The notes: generated by a model not told the origin, from the sequence alone. 62,882 nt of DNA, filler included, from Neoconidiobolus thromboides FSU 785 (GCA_025603075.1; 11 parts of 11 records of this genome joined end to end with filler, not necessarily neighbours in it), one strand, 5' to 3'. Counted from the whole stretch's first letter, positions 37,069 through 51,446 are shown. Numbers and translations are program-made.

Positions 37069-39275
37069 GCTTTACCACCAAATTAAATTAAATCAAATTT
37101 TTACGCGCATTAAAATTTCCTTTGTTATTGTTAATATTTCAAATAATTATTTCAAATTTTTTAAATAAACTTATGTCAAATATATTTAACTCCTTTACAA
37201 ATCATGATTTGCTAATGCAATATATTACGATTATCCGATATCTTGGGTTTTGTAAATTTGGTTATATATTAAGGAAATTTCAAAGCTTGCAGATTAATAT
37301 TATATTCTTTAATGTAATATGATTTAATATTAATATATTATTTTTGTATTTTATTAATGACATTTCGAACACAATGTTAAATGGATTTCAAAGAGCAAAT
37401 TGCGATATAAATAGGCTTAGACCTATTTATAGGATTTTTATATTAAATAATTGTTATTGAGAATAAACATAAGTACTATAAATAAATTTCTACAATTAAT
37501 TTCTATAAAACATCAATTAATAAATTGCTACTTTTTAGGAACCATATGTCTAGGGCAGTTGTTTACCAGATAGCAAAAACAAAGTAAAGATATAAGAAGG
37601 AAATCAACTTGAGACCCTGATAAGTAGTAGAGAATCCAAAGGACTTGATCTTCAAGACCCCATAACCTCTTTCAAGTTGCTTAAATCTGAAGGATGAGAG
37701 CAGGAATTCGTTCATTAAGAAAGGTTCTCACTCAAGTTTATACACCTACGTAAGAGTGGGGCTTGATCAGGATCTAAATACTGCTTTATAGTATTGGCGA
37801 TAGACTATCCAAATAACTAAAGCAGCAATCAATGGTATAGGAGATCTGGAACGGAGTGAGAAGGGAGGAAAGATCAAGAAGATATCTTTATGTACATTTA
37901 TAGTATGTATCAATCCAATTACTCAGTCCTCAATGTTCTTTTATAATATATTTCATTAGTTATATTGTTATTGTCCTTGTTTATTATTATGTCAAAGTCT
38001 ATATTTTCTATATTGTTATTATTAATATCATGTGTTGTTATGGCTTCTCGCGTCTATGGTAATATTTCTGAGCTCAACATGTCATTTATAATTGAATATC
38101 ATAGTTACTGTTTTCATCAGTATCTGTATCATTATTATTGATCAAAACGGTGCCATTACTATAGCCATTATTGACCAAAGATAATAATCACATTTGTTTA
38201 AAACTTTTATTAAATTTTTGGTGATGTGAAAATATTCTCGAAACAAACTAAATAAAAGGCAATAATAACAGAAGTAGCAAAATATGAAGCACTGAAATTA
38301 AAAAATAATCAGTACTGATAAATTTACTTTTTAAAACATTAGAGAATATCTCGACAATTACATTATAATTGCTATTCAATGCTAATATATCATTGCTCGT
38401 TGACATTGGAACCTCATTAAGGTAAGGGTGTTATCTTCTAACATAATATGAACCTCATGGTTTATATTTATGGTGTTTAGCAAAAACAGATTGGGTAATA
38501 ATCGTAGGTAAACAGAGGTCAGAAATATGAATTGGAGTTCATTATAGGCTCTTTAGGTTCAAATAATAACTTTGATTTAACAAACGTACCTGATTTTTCC
38601 TATTTAATCTACATAATTCTATCATCTCATTACCATTGCGAAAATATCGGAAGATATTTGATTGTCCTTGTTCATATCACCAAATCATATCATGATATCC
38701 AAATAAGAACACTTTCCAAATATTAACTTCTTATTTATCTTGTTTAGCCTCTTCTCTTCAAGTTTTTTGTTACTTTGGTCACAATAATACTTATAAAGTA
38801 TATCGTGCCTCCTCTTTATACTAGAAAATCGAAGCATTTTGTCTTCTTTAAAATAACTACTTGGTAAAATTATAAGCAAATAATCAATCTTTTTGCCTAC
38901 TTTTTCAGTGTTTGTGCTATAGGCAGCTCTTGAAACAACCTCCTTATCTTTGTTATTAATTGGGGTCAACTTATCCTTAGTTACTTCAACTTTATCTATT
39001 ATTTTATACTTAAACTGCCCACTTGAAATTAAAAAAGTGAATAATGTCAAGTTTATTAATTAATTGATTTTTAATTTAGTACAATGTATATCATGCTTTA
39101 GAAAATATACCAAGCTAGTTGCAGAATCCTTAAGGATATACTAAGCGAACCAAAGCCATAGAGTAGTAAAGGCTGATAGATTTTGATGAAAATTCAAAAT
39201 ACCTATATATCTAAATTTCTATTTTACTCAGATTTATATATTATAATCAAATAAATCAATAAGAACAGGAAGTGA

Positions 39276-39357
39276 GACACTTTGGCCGAGCGGTTAAGGC
39301 GTGAGCCTAGAAAGCTCATGGGGTTTCCCCGCGCAGGTTCAAATCCTGCAGGTGTCG
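39276..39357 (+). tRNA. trnS: tRNA-Ser(AGA)
   Basis: 82 nt with long variable arm; anticodon loop CTAGAAA; acceptor GACACTT/AGGTGTC; G discriminator. Confidence 0.92.
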
Positions 39358-39706
39358 TTTTATATTCAATTAATGATATTTTTTACCTTTGACTGAATAG
39401 CGTTTACTAATGTAAAAAATGATTGAGTGCTTTTTATATAAAAATATTTACTGAGTTTGTATTAAGGTATAAGTGTTAGATTTAGCTATTTAATTTTTAT
39501 TGTATAAAAGCCTAAATTACATATAATAAATATTAAGCTATTGGTATTAAAAAGCTAAAAATTTAATTATCATAACAATAGATTAAAATAGTTTCTTAAC
39601 TCAAAAACAAAACTTTAAGTATTACTAATCCATTGTGTGTTGAATTTTTGTGACGAAATTTGAAATACAGGGTTTTCAAATCTATAAAGTCATTCAAACA
39701 AGATAT

Positions 39707-39803
39707 GGGGGTGCTTTTTTGGCCTCATTACTTCTTCATCTTTTAAGCACTATTTAAGTGGAAAAATTGTCAATAAAGTTCTTAAACACAAAAATATATC
39801 TCT
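39707..39803 (+). mobile_element. MITE A copy
   Basis: ATAT/ATAT flanks. Confidence 0.85.
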
Positions 39804-41149
39804 ATATTTTGAACAAAGGGAGGTAGAATTTTCTAAACAACCAAATTTTCAAAGATGATCAAACTATAAAGTTTCTAAAATGATATTTATATTTTGATCA
39901 TTTTTGAGGAAAAAATTGTCGAGAAAATTTCGCTGACTTGTTCAAAATATTTTCCTTAAATAGCCATGTAGCCTTGAAAAACTTAGATATGATTTCTAAA
40001 CATAAAATAATGACTAGCAAAACTTAGAAATTAAAATGATATTAGCTACTTAGTATTGAGACCTTTATTTAAGGTTTGAAATAAAAACTTTTAGAAATGG
40101 AACAGAGCAAACGGAAGCTTTCATGGCAATTTACAATGACTATCTATGAATATTTAATAGTTGCAACAATATGAATAGATTTAATATATCGGAGTAAATA
40201 GCGGAAGATGGCAGGCTTTTTTCAAGGAAATTTTCAAGTAATTTTAAGCAATCTTGACACAGCTAATTTAATAAAAATATACTAGTGTTTTTGTTAATGA
40301 TGAATCACAAGTTGTAGAATTTAAATTATCTATGACTTTACCTTAATAAAATAGCATATCATTTAAAATAAGGTATGGGGATCAATTTTCTAAAAATGAA
40401 TAAAACTTTATTTACAATGCACAAATTGTATTTATCAATTCACGTTATCTTTTATAATAAAATATTAATAGGATAGAAGCGTTTAATTTTGAAAGGAGTA
40501 AAATTTAATATTACTTATCTTTGTGGATGATGCAAATAAATTAATCTCTTTCTTAAATAAAAAGATCACGAAATATTTAATTGATGATTGTATATATTTG
40601 GAACATTAGAAATGTAATTTTTATAGGGTTTTTGTCAGGCTTTAGTCTAAAGTCTTTTATATAGTGTCCCTGAGCTTAATTTAAAAAGCATTATTATGTT
40701 TTATTATTTAAAGCAAGAAACTAACTATATTATATTTATAATATTTCATAGTATTATGGTAAATATAGATTTATTGAGAACAAATTTGACTAACAAAGAC
40801 CTTGATCGAATAAACGAATAATATCTTATGAGTGTACAATCAAAATAAAATTGTGAAAAATACGATTTGAAGATTAACTTCTCTTTAATATGAAATTTAT
40901 AAATATCAACCTTACAGGTGACCTGTTTTATAGATAGTGAACTAAAATACTAATAATCTAATTCAAATTTATCATTATTCTAATGTTTTACGAAAATAAG
41001 GATAAAGGTAAGTGATAGCCCATATGATATATGATATATCAGCTGTAACTGTACGACCTTAAAGGTGATTGGCGTAGTGATATAAAGAAGGTATATAATA
41101 CCTCCAATCGCTAGGGAAACATTAAACATTAATACCATATCTTTTAAAT

Positions 41150-42307
41150 ATGAGAGTGATCACTATATTATCAGTTTCAAGTACTTTAATCTCAGCGATT
41201 TTTGCCGGGATTGCCCCTCTTCGCCAAGTAAAGGACAGTATACCTGGCGAATACATTATTAATCTAAGAAAAGATACTCGTACTACCATTGATGCTCATT
41301 TGGACACTGTTAAAGCTTTATTTAAAGACCGTAGCGATAACAATAAAATCAAGAGCGTTTATACTCATCTTGGGAAAATTTATCATGCTAAGTTAACCCC
41401 AGAAGTATTGGATAAAGTTAGAAATCTCCCTGATGTTGACTTTATTGAAACTGATGGTAAAGTTAGCGTAAAAACTGTTCAAAGTAATGCACCTTGGGGT
41501 TTAGCTCGTGTTTCTCAAAGGCAATTTAACAGCCAATCTACTTATACATATAATGGTGATGGTAGTGGAGTAGTAGTCTATGTTGTTGATACTGGTGTTG
41601 CTATTGGTCATCCAGAATTTGAAGGAAGAGCAGTTTGGGGAGCTAATTTTGTTGATGGAAGCCCCAACAGTGACGAAAATGGACATGGTAGTCACTGTGC
41701 TGGTACAATAGGATCACGTTCCTATGGTGTAAGCAAAAAAGTAAATATTGTTGCAGTAAAAGTGCTGGATAGCAGTGGTTCAGGTTCTTGGAGTGGTATT
41801 ATTTCTGGTATTAACTGGGCTGCTGGAGACAAACGCGGAAGCAGAGGAAATATCATTTCTATGAGTATTGGCGGTGGAAAAATTGACTCAGTGAATAATG
41901 CTGTAGACGCTGCTACAAACCAAGGTATATTATCAGTTGTAGCTGCTGGTAATAGCAATGACGATGCCTGTAGTTATTCGCCAGCATCAGCTAGTACTGC
42001 TTTTACCGTTGGCGCTTCTGATATTAATGACAACAAAGCTTCATTTTCCAACTATGGGCAATGTGTCGATATTATTGCTCCTGGAGTTAATATTTTATCT
42101 ACTTGGAACAATGGTGGTACAAATACTATCTCTGGTACTTCTATGGCTACTCCTCATGTTGCTGGACTTGCTGCTTACTTTTATTCTAAAGGCTCATATA
42201 CTATCCCACAAATCAAGTCATATATTCAATCAATTGCTACTAAAAATGCTATCAAAGGTTTTGATGCAAACACAAAAAATTATTTAGCTTATAATGCTAT
42301 CGCATAA
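41150..42307 (+). CDS. Secreted subtilisin-like serine protease (S8, proteinase K type) with I9 prodomain
   Basis: Catalytic triad motifs VVDTG, HGSHCAG, GTSMATPH; mature N-terminus NAPWGLARVS. Confidence 0.96.
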   Translation: MRVITILSVSSTLISAIFAGIAPLRQVKDSIPGEYIINLRKDTRTTIDAHLDTVKALFKDRSDNNKIKSVYTHLGKIYHAKLTPEVLDKVRNLPDVDFIETDGKVSVKTVQSNAPWGLARVSQRQFNSQSTYTYNGDGSGVVVYVVDTGVAIGHPEFEGRAVWGANFVDGSPNSDENGHGSHCAGTIGSRSYGVSKKVNIVAVKVLDSSGSGSWSGIISGINWAAGDKRGSRGNIISMSIGGGKIDSVNNAVDAATNQGILSVVAAGNSNDDACSYSPASASTAFTVGASDINDNKASFSNYGQCVDIIAPGVNILSTWNNGGTNTISGTSMATPHVAGLAAYFYSKGSYTIPQIKSYIQSIATKNAIKGFDANTKNYLAYNAIA

Positions 42308-42884
42308 ATAAATTTATAAATTTTAATCATTAACTTAATTTCATTATTTGAATATTTTAAATTAAACTAAAGCTGTTGATATGAATTATAAGTAATTTAT
42401 TGGGTTTAATGTAAATATAAAATGTTTATTAATAAATTATATAAATAATAAAAACAAACACAACAAAAATATAGCTAAAAAAATAAACTAAATAATATAT
42501 ATAGCTTTTAATATAAAAACAAAACGTAATAATATCTAAATAATTAAAATATTATAGCTAAGAAGCGGTATTTCTGTATCATTTTAAAATGTTTTTTTTA
42601 TAAAAACATGTAAACAGTCACTTTGTTAATTATTAAGATATAATATTTAAAAATTTTAATAGCATTTATTACCATTTGGATGAATAGTATTGTAAATTGT
42701 AAAAAAGAAAGCCAGGGCTTTAACAGTAAAAATCAATAATAAAGGTATTTATAATTAAAATAGTAATGAAAAGACTAAAATAATTTAAACGAATAAATAA
42801 TACATTGCTATAACTGCTGGTTATTTTATCAGTTTAACACTTTTAAGATAGAAAGTTTATTTTGATATTTTAACTTATAGATAT

Positions 42885-42982
42885 GGGAGTGTTTTTTTGA
42901 CTTCATTATTTTTTCCATTTTTTAAGCGCTATTTGAGTGAAAAATTTGTTGGTAAAATTCTTAAATACAAAAATACATCCCC
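42885..42982 (+). mobile_element. MITE A copy
   Basis: ATAT/ATAT flanks. Confidence 0.9.
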
Positions 42983-43071
42983 ATATTTTATTTCTAATAT
43001 GTTAAAAAAAAACACTTTTCTTACTATTTATAAAAAATACTTTAGTTTTTTTCATATTATTAATTATAAAG

Positions 43072-43178
43072 TGTAAAATATCACTTTGTGAGCTCTGTGA
43101 TTGACTATAATATAACAATCATCTAAGTTGTTGTGTTCTCGAGCTTACAGACAATCAGCCCCGAGCCTTTTATTTTGG
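43072..43178 (-). mobile_element. LTR family B, 3'-end fragment
   Basis: Reverse complement resembles 54120-54227 and ends ATTTTACA. Confidence 0.65.
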
Positions 43179-43847
43179 NNNNNNNNNNNNNNNNNNNNNN
43201 NNNNNNNNNNNNNNNNNNNNNNTTAATTAATTAANNNNNNNNNNNNNNNNNNNNNNNNNNNNNNNNNNNNNNNNNNNNGATTTAACATCCATCATATTCA
43301 TTTTACATTTAATTCTAATTTATTTTGACTATTCTTACCAGATTAAAATACCAGTTAGCTTGTTCAGTTTAAAATTTCTCTTCCCTTTTTAACTGAATTG
43401 AAGTTTAATTACTTTAATTTTATATTTTCGGTTAAAGTTTATTAGGCTCAATTATGCATGTTTAGTCTTAACGTCTAATTTTTTTGGACTTTATTGAATT
43501 TATGCTACCCATTAGATTCCAAAATTTAGCTCTAATTTTACGTTTTAGTCTTTTAGATTTGCGCTAATAGATAAGCTCTCTTTCGTATGTTGTATCTATA
43601 TCCTCTTATTATGATTGTATCCGTCAAAGTTTCATAAAAACTGGATCTCAGAATCTTTTCTTTTAAATAAAAATCAACACATTAACTTAATTTTATTCTC
43701 AGCCACTATATTAATCAACCGTTAATTTTTAGTGTCTTCAAAAATCAAAAATTAAAAATGGCATGAGACTAAACCTACTTAAAATCAACCGAAAAAAAGA
43801 CTATATAAAAGCACTGAAAAAAAACACTCAATTAACTCATCAAAAAA

Positions 43848-44216
43848 ATGAAATTCACTTTATTAATCTTAAGCACTCTCAACTTTGTCATTAGTGTCCC
43901 AGTATTGGATGGCTTATTTAGTCCCTTTTCTAATGAAAGTAATCCAGTGACCTTAAGTATTATTCGTGATAGAGATAATACTCGAACTGTTCGACCAGCT
44001 GTTATTGAAGAAATTGAAGAAGTTGAAGAAACCAATGGAAGTTTTAGAAGGCCTCCTGGAATGAGAGGGTCTCAATTCTTTAATGAAAACCGTATTAAAG
44101 ATCGTAGACCAGCGGGTATTGAAGAAGAAATTGAAGAAACTGAAGAAATTAATAGTAATTTCCAACCATCGGATAGAAGAGGTTCTACAAGATTTAATGG
44201 GTTTAATAACTTTTAA
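43848..44216 (+). CDS. Small secreted protein with two acidic repeats and dibasic sites
   Basis: Signal peptide; RPAVIEEIEEVEETNGSF and RPAGIEEEIEETEEINSNF. Confidence 0.65.
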   Translation: MKFTLLILSTLNFVISVPVLDGLFSPFSNESNPVTLSIIRDRDNTRTVRPAVIEEIEEVEETNGSFRRPPGMRGSQFFNENRIKDRRPAGIEEEIEETEEINSNFQPSDRRGSTRFNGFNNF

Positions 44217-44747
44217 GATTCTTTTTTTTAGAAACCGACTCTGTATATTTTTGATTATTTTTATAAATAAATTTCATATTATCTTTAGTTTGCTATGCTT
44301 GTTATTATTAAGTCTTTGACATTTTTATTCAGTTTGAAGTAGTTGAATCATAGATAAAATCAACTACACATTGAGATACAAAAATTTACTTTCTATTTAT
44401 TTTTACCAATATTCTATCAATTAACAAGTTTTTTATTCTATAAGGTCATCTTATAAATGATCCTGGTTTTTTTGATAAAAATTATTGGTGAGAATACAGA
44501 GGTACAACGTTCGAGGGCTCTACACCCAAATAACTTGTTTTTAAATAGAAATGGTGTTTATTATTCTGACCAACAACTTTTGATTTTTCCCAAACATCCA
44601 ACCATGGTTGTTTATAAAAACTAATTATAAGTGTCCATTTGTAACTCTATAAATCAAACATTATACTTTAAATGAGTGCTATAAAAAAAGCAATAAAAAG
44701 TGGATTTGCGTTATAATAATAAAATAGGACTATCAACATCTATATAT

Positions 44748-44837
44748 GGGGCTGTTTTTTTTGGTTTCATTATTCTTCCATTTTTTAAGCGCTATTTTGG
44801 TGGAAAGATTATAGTAAAATTCTTAAACAAAAAAACA
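44748..44837 (+). mobile_element. MITE A copy cut by contig end
   Basis: ATAT|GGGGCTG... match to consensus. Confidence 0.85.
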
Positions 44838-44938
44838 NNNNNNNNNNNNNNNNNNNNNNNNNNNNNNNNNNNNNNNNNNNNTTAATTAATTAANNNNNNN
44901 NNNNNNNNNNNNNNNNNNNNNNNNNNNNNNNNNNNNNA

Positions 44939-46372
<1,434 letters not shown>

Positions 46373-46472
46373 NNNNNNNNNNNNNNNNNNNNNNNNNNNN
46401 NNNNNNNNNNNNNNNNTTAATTAATTAANNNNNNNNNNNNNNNNNNNNNNNNNNNNNNNNNNNNNNNNNNNN

Positions 46473-46558
46473 ACATAAACTAAGACCTTTCGACTTATAG
46501 TGTAGTCAACCCAGCAATAGCTGTTCTTGACTCCAAACCCTGAGTACCAGATTTCATA
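46473..46558 (-). mobile_element. LTR family B, 5'-end fragment
   Basis: Reverse complement of 53542 onward. Confidence 0.75.
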
Positions 46559-46559
46559 T

Positions 46560-46796
46560 CCCCATGTTATTATATAGTTATATATTATATATCTATTAAA
46601 TATTTAATAGAAACAACATAAAATATATAGTTAAAAAAATTAGCTATTTAAGAAAAGGAAACAATCAAAATAAGTTTTAAATAAAAAGATTTAATTTTGG
46701 GCTTTTTAGATTTGACCGTCACATTAGACACAAATTTAAAAATTCAAAATTTGGATTAACTTGTAAGTAAATTCTGAAACCAATTCGAACCACCCC
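46560..46796 (-). mobile_element. 5'-terminal fragment of the Sola-like element
   Basis: Matches ~14090-14331 (ATCTATTAAATAT..., AAAATTTGGATTAA...). Confidence 0.7.
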
Positions 46797-47439
46797 AATA
46801 GTGCTTAAAAGATGGAAAAAGAACGAAGCCAAAAAAACACCTCCCTATCTATTTTTTCCTAAAGAGATTCAACCTTGAACTAGCCTACATATATAAAGAT
46901 ATCCCCGATTGGATTTCACTCTGCTCAATACTCACAAGAAATTACACAAATCTATATCATATATTAACAATCCTATTCAACTGATTTATCCTTACTCCAC
47001 CGCTCCGCCTCTGCACCTTTTGACTCTCAATCCATTGTCTTACATTAGGAATGGCCCATCCCTAACCTCCAATCTATTTAGACCGTCCTCGCTTCTATGA
47101 TATATCAAAAAATAGGACAGCTAATCCAAATTTCCAAAGCCGTTATCTTTTCAACTGGTTTGTGGGTCTCTTGAAAGAGCTTTATAATTCTTAAGTTTAA
47201 TCCGTGGACTCTTCTCTCTCTTATCTTCAACCTTTTTGCCCTTATAAATTAATGGGCTTTATTCTGCGGAGCAGATACATAATGGGCCCATTCTTGGTTT
47301 GTCTCCCTTCAAAATGTAAGGAATCAATGGTGTTTATTTTTACACTCCCAGAAAATATCTTCTAAGTTTAGTTATCCTCTAAACCAGTTAAGTACTTGGT
47401 TTTTTATCCTCATAAACAAAGCATTAGACACACATTTTT

Positions 47440-47830
47440 TATAAAAAAAAGGTGCATAGTAAGATGAATAACGAACGTTTTGTTAAATAATAAACACAAA
47501 ACAACCATTTCATCAAAAAGTAAAAAACATGAATAGTTTCTTTACAGAATAGTGTACTACGGTTCATTATAAATCGGTGTTTTTTCAGTATGACTAACAA
47601 TATCGGCTTCTATTGGAGAAATTATATTCTCTTGATTAGTTGAATGAGCTTTAAGTGCTGAAATGGATAGAGTAATAGCAATGATTAATCCAAGGCTTAT
47701 TTTATGAATCCTGAGTGTTTATATGCTTGTCTAATGTAAAGTTAAAACCACTATAAATAAAATCTCTTTAAAAGCTACAGGATATCGTAAGTATTAACAT
47801 AAACAGTAGCCATTTATCATTGTGATCTTC
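47440..47830 (-). repeat. Diverged duplicate of 51590-51960 (decayed small secreted-protein-like gene)
   Basis: LGLIIAITLSISALKAHST versus LELIVATTLSISALNAHST; frame broken in this copy. Confidence 0.55.
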
Positions 47831-49028
47831 CCTAAAATTATTTTAACCCATTAATTATCAGAACAGCAATCTAAAAATGGAATCAGCCTAGAGTTTAGAC
47901 TCAAAAAAAATGTAAAATTTAATTTTTGCTAAAATATTTATGAAGTGGACGTGGATTACAAACTCATCAGATAATCTTTTTGTTATATTTTTAAGATTTC
48001 CCAGACCCTTTACTTTAGCTCTAGTTCTGACCCAAACCATAACCTCTGTAACCTCTATAACCCTGGCCTCTTAAACTCAACTTTAACAAATTGATGCATA
48101 CTTTACCCTAGCCTAATTTGTTATAAGTCTTTTATTTCTATATATGATTCTAACTTACAATTAATAAACATATAGGATTAAACCTACTTTTTGTATAAAA
48201 AATCCTTTAATAAATAAACAACAACAGATATTATTCTGCTTAGAAACTTCTTTGATTATGTGTTTTAGTTTAAATCCTAGTAAATTTCATTTTTTATAAG
48301 ACTTCCAACAGAACCAACGTAAAAAAGTGTGGTTTATACAAAATAGGAGTCTAACATAAATTTCCGTGCTTTTATATCTACCTTAGTATGCTTTAGTGAT
48401 TCAAAAACTGACATAAAGCTCTCACTAACCCTGGAGTAATAAAAGCTTTGAGACAAATATTAGTTATTAATCTGGATTTTTAATTAATATCAAAGTAAGT
48501 AAATTTGAAATTAAACAAGATGAGATTTTATTCACTATATTTGAAGGCAAAGATGTTTGTGAGCTTCTCAGGTGAACTAGAAATATACGATTTCGATCCA
48601 ATGTTATCCTCACTCTTTAATTTAAAGCTAAAAATTTTAACTAATGAAGCAGTTGTTGAATAAAGTTCCATCCAGGTCAAACTAGTAAACGAATTAAACA
48701 TAAATAACACAATAATATTTTTTTACACTACTTTTTACCTATATATGCTCTCAGGTCCATAGAGAAGAGTAAAAAACCACCATTGGATTTAAAATTTCCA
48801 ATCTCACCAATCCATTGCTCACAGACAAATAAACCTGGGCCATCCCATTATTAGTAGAGTTATAAAGTACGTTTGTACTTAGTGAGATTGCAGTCTATAT
48901 TAAAATAATTTAATGTGATAAAGTCAAAGTTAGATAGGCTATATTCTCAGGAAGAAAAATAGCCATCAGCTATTTTTCCACCCTTTGAAGCATTTTTTAT
49001 TATATTATCTGTAAAACTGGAAAGATAT

Positions 49029-49127
49029 GAGGATGTTTTTTTTGGCTTCATCATTTTTTCTATTCCTTAAGCACTATTTGAGCGGAAAATTTGTTACCAA
49101 AATTCTTAAACATAAAAATACATCCCC
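49029..49127 (+). mobile_element. MITE A copy in P450 pseudogene
   Basis: ATAT/ATAT flanks. Confidence 0.9.
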
Positions 49128-49179
49128 ATATGTAAACTTTCAGAAATTATTACTGAAGGTAGACATTTTTTCTACATTT

Positions 49180-49274
49180 AGGAATGTTTTTGACTTCATT
49201 ATTTTTTCTGCTTTTTAAGCGCTGCTTGAATGGAAAAATTGTTAGTAAAATCCTTAAATAAAAAATAGATCCCT
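49180..49274 (+). mobile_element. MITE A copy in P450 pseudogene, ATTT target duplication
   Basis: ATTT|AGGAATG...GATCCCT|ATTT. Confidence 0.88.
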
Positions 49275-49950
49275 ATTTATTAAAAGCTATCTCTTCGTTT
49301 TTAGAAAATCAAGTATCACACCATCTTTAAGTCTATTATAAACCCTGAGGCGCTTTGGTAAAAGACATAAAGTATTAATTTGTTATTAAGTTAAAAATGT
49401 ATTAAGTTTATAATTAAAGTATCAAGTTAATGGGTTGGAGGTTGTGCCTGAATCAACAATACCAAAAAGTATTTAGTGTTTACCCAATGGATTACTTATG
49501 TATTAGAACCAAATAATAAACCCTTCTACAATTTCTCTCTTACTGAGTGTTTTCCCGGTATCTGGGTTATGAGCATTTGTTAAAGCACTTAAGATTGTAA
49601 CCCTATGCAAGCAACCTTTTGCGTTTTTAACAGCTTTGTATGAGAACTAAAATAACTTGAATAACTTTATTAATAGATCAATAGTGTATATTACTTTAAA
49701 GAATTATGTTACACTTTCAAACTTTAAATATTCCAAAAATGGGAAGGATCCAATATGAAGTTTATTAAGCTTCAACTAAATTAAAATATAAAAAATAATC
49801 CTAAAATGACTATAAAAAAGAAATTTTAATCTATCCAGTAGTGTGATGATACCTATTTTTTAACATATTAAATGATTTACTATATGCTAAGTCCCCAATC
49901 ACATCCTAAAAATATCAAGTTGATATCCTCTAAAATAAAATAAACTATGT

Positions 49951-50049
49951 GGGAGTGTTCTTTTTGGCTTCATTACTTTTTCTATCTTTCAAGCACTATT
50001 TGTGTGGGAAGATTGTTAGTAAAATTATTAAACACAAAAATACATCTTC
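49951..50049 (+). mobile_element. MITE A copy in P450 pseudogene
   Basis: Flanks ATGT/ATAT. Confidence 0.85.
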
Positions 50050-51223
50050 ATATATTACAAAAAGAAGGGAATTAAATAGAAGACCAACATCAAATCCTTT
50101 TTTCTAAAGTCGTTCAGTTTTGTTGACTAATATCAACATTCTCCTATATTTAATAGCAGATATAGTTTTATCTGAAAAAGTAAAGGTAATGACTTTTAAG
50201 AATTAACTTCGATAGAATCTATAAAGGTTAAAAGTACATTAGCCTTTGTCTCAAGACAATTTATAGGTTGTATATAGAATACATCAGAATATGTTTGCCT
50301 TGTATTAAGTATCGTTTCATCAACAATTTGAAATGTATAAGTAGAGTTTTGATTTGCTTTGCAGCTTCAGCCAAAAAGAAAAATATGATATTCCAACCTA
50401 ATAAATAAAACTAGATAAAATCAAATACAAAATAACCTTAGTTTTCATCTATTCTAACAGTTTTATCATATTTTTTATAAGGTTTAGTTACATATAAATG
50501 AAAAGTACCACTGAGTAGATAATAGCTAGGCAAAAATTGAAAAAATTGAATAGTCAATAACCTATAGATTTTTTTCTAACGGACTAATATACATATTGTA
50601 TATTATCTAAAAATTAGTTATTAGTTAGATCCAGAAAATAGTAACCTCAACTTATAAATCTAATATAGGAACATAATAACAACTATATCATATGCGTTTA
50701 TTATTGCTATTATTCAAAATTATACTTTTGGTAGCTTCTTTAGGTGATATATATGTCCTCAAATTAAAAACGCGTTTTCTATATTTTATAATTCTTTAAA
50801 TTTTTTCACTATAGTAGACTTTATATATGATGGCTTCAAAAAAACATTGTTAATTGAAAAGAAATACTGATATAAAAACTCAATTTGTGGTACAGATCTA
50901 TTGTCTCACAAAGCCGATATGCTATTATAGCGTTTTAGCTTCTTGCTATTTTTAGTTCAAATAATATTAAAAATTGGATTTAAATCTAAATTTAAGGCTC
51001 TTCATTACTTATAATTCACTAGAGTACATTTTGCGTAATTAATAAGTGATATAATGGTTTTACTTCTGTATTTATAAATTTGAGTTATTAATATAGGTTA
51101 TAATAATACAGGGTAAATGTGAAGACAAATAAGCTGCCAGCCATTTAAAACATATTTTAATTTCTAATATTTTCAATACCAACCTGTGCAAGCAAATTAT
51201 AAAAGTTCAATATTTTAAAATAT

Positions 51224-51322
51224 GGTGATGTTTTTTTTGGCTTCATTATTTTTTCCATCTTTTAAGCGCTATTTGAGTAGAAAAATTGTTAGCAAAATTC
51301 TTAAACACAAAAATATATCCCC
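51224..51322 (+). mobile_element. MITE A copy
   Basis: ATAT/ATAT flanks. Confidence 0.9.
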
Positions 51323-51349
51323 ATATAGTTATCCTTTGATGTAACAAAT

Positions 51350-51446
51350 GGGAGTGTTTTTTTGACTTCATTGCTTTTTCCATTTCCAAGCGCTATTTAA
51401 GTGGAAAATTTGTTAGTAAAATCCTTAAACATAAAAATACATCCCC
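51350..51446 (+). mobile_element. MITE A copy with AAAT target duplication
   Basis: AAAT|GGGAGTG...CATCCCC|AAAT. Confidence 0.92.

Larger units (their letters stand above)
48528..50380 (-). pseudogene. Cytochrome P450 pseudogene with three MITE insertions
   Basis: Motifs in order DVIGDLAYSKSFNML, ILSALTNAHNPDTGKTLS..EI, GYFLPE, WDGP..F..EQW, FSMDLRAYIG (heme Cys lost), LTWMELY; stops and frameshifts; 5' boundary approximate. Confidence 0.78.

Noticed and set aside
37540-37920. Possible LINE 3' remnant (LVIWIVYRQYYKAVF on minus strand); similar at 46850-47300
   Set aside because: Only a W-x-x-W-like word, no reverse transcriptase or endonuclease motifs; too decayed to support
38400-39050. 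ORF 38685-39050 and downstream frame with faint Argonaute MID/PIWI-like (YLLIILP...IKR) or EF-hand-like (DMNKDNQIS) words
   Set aside because: Two incompatible weak resemblances with multiple stops; needs a profile search before any call
39306-39313. Reading the 39276 tRNA as Leu(TAG)
   Set aside because: Stem TGAGC/GCTCA places AGA at the anticodon; the G discriminator also supports Ser
25393-43178. Zn2Cys6 + tyrosinase + DJ-1 as a secondary-metabolite cluster
   Set aside because: No backbone synthase, wide spacing, and housekeeping genes (tRNAs, sterol transporter) are interspersed
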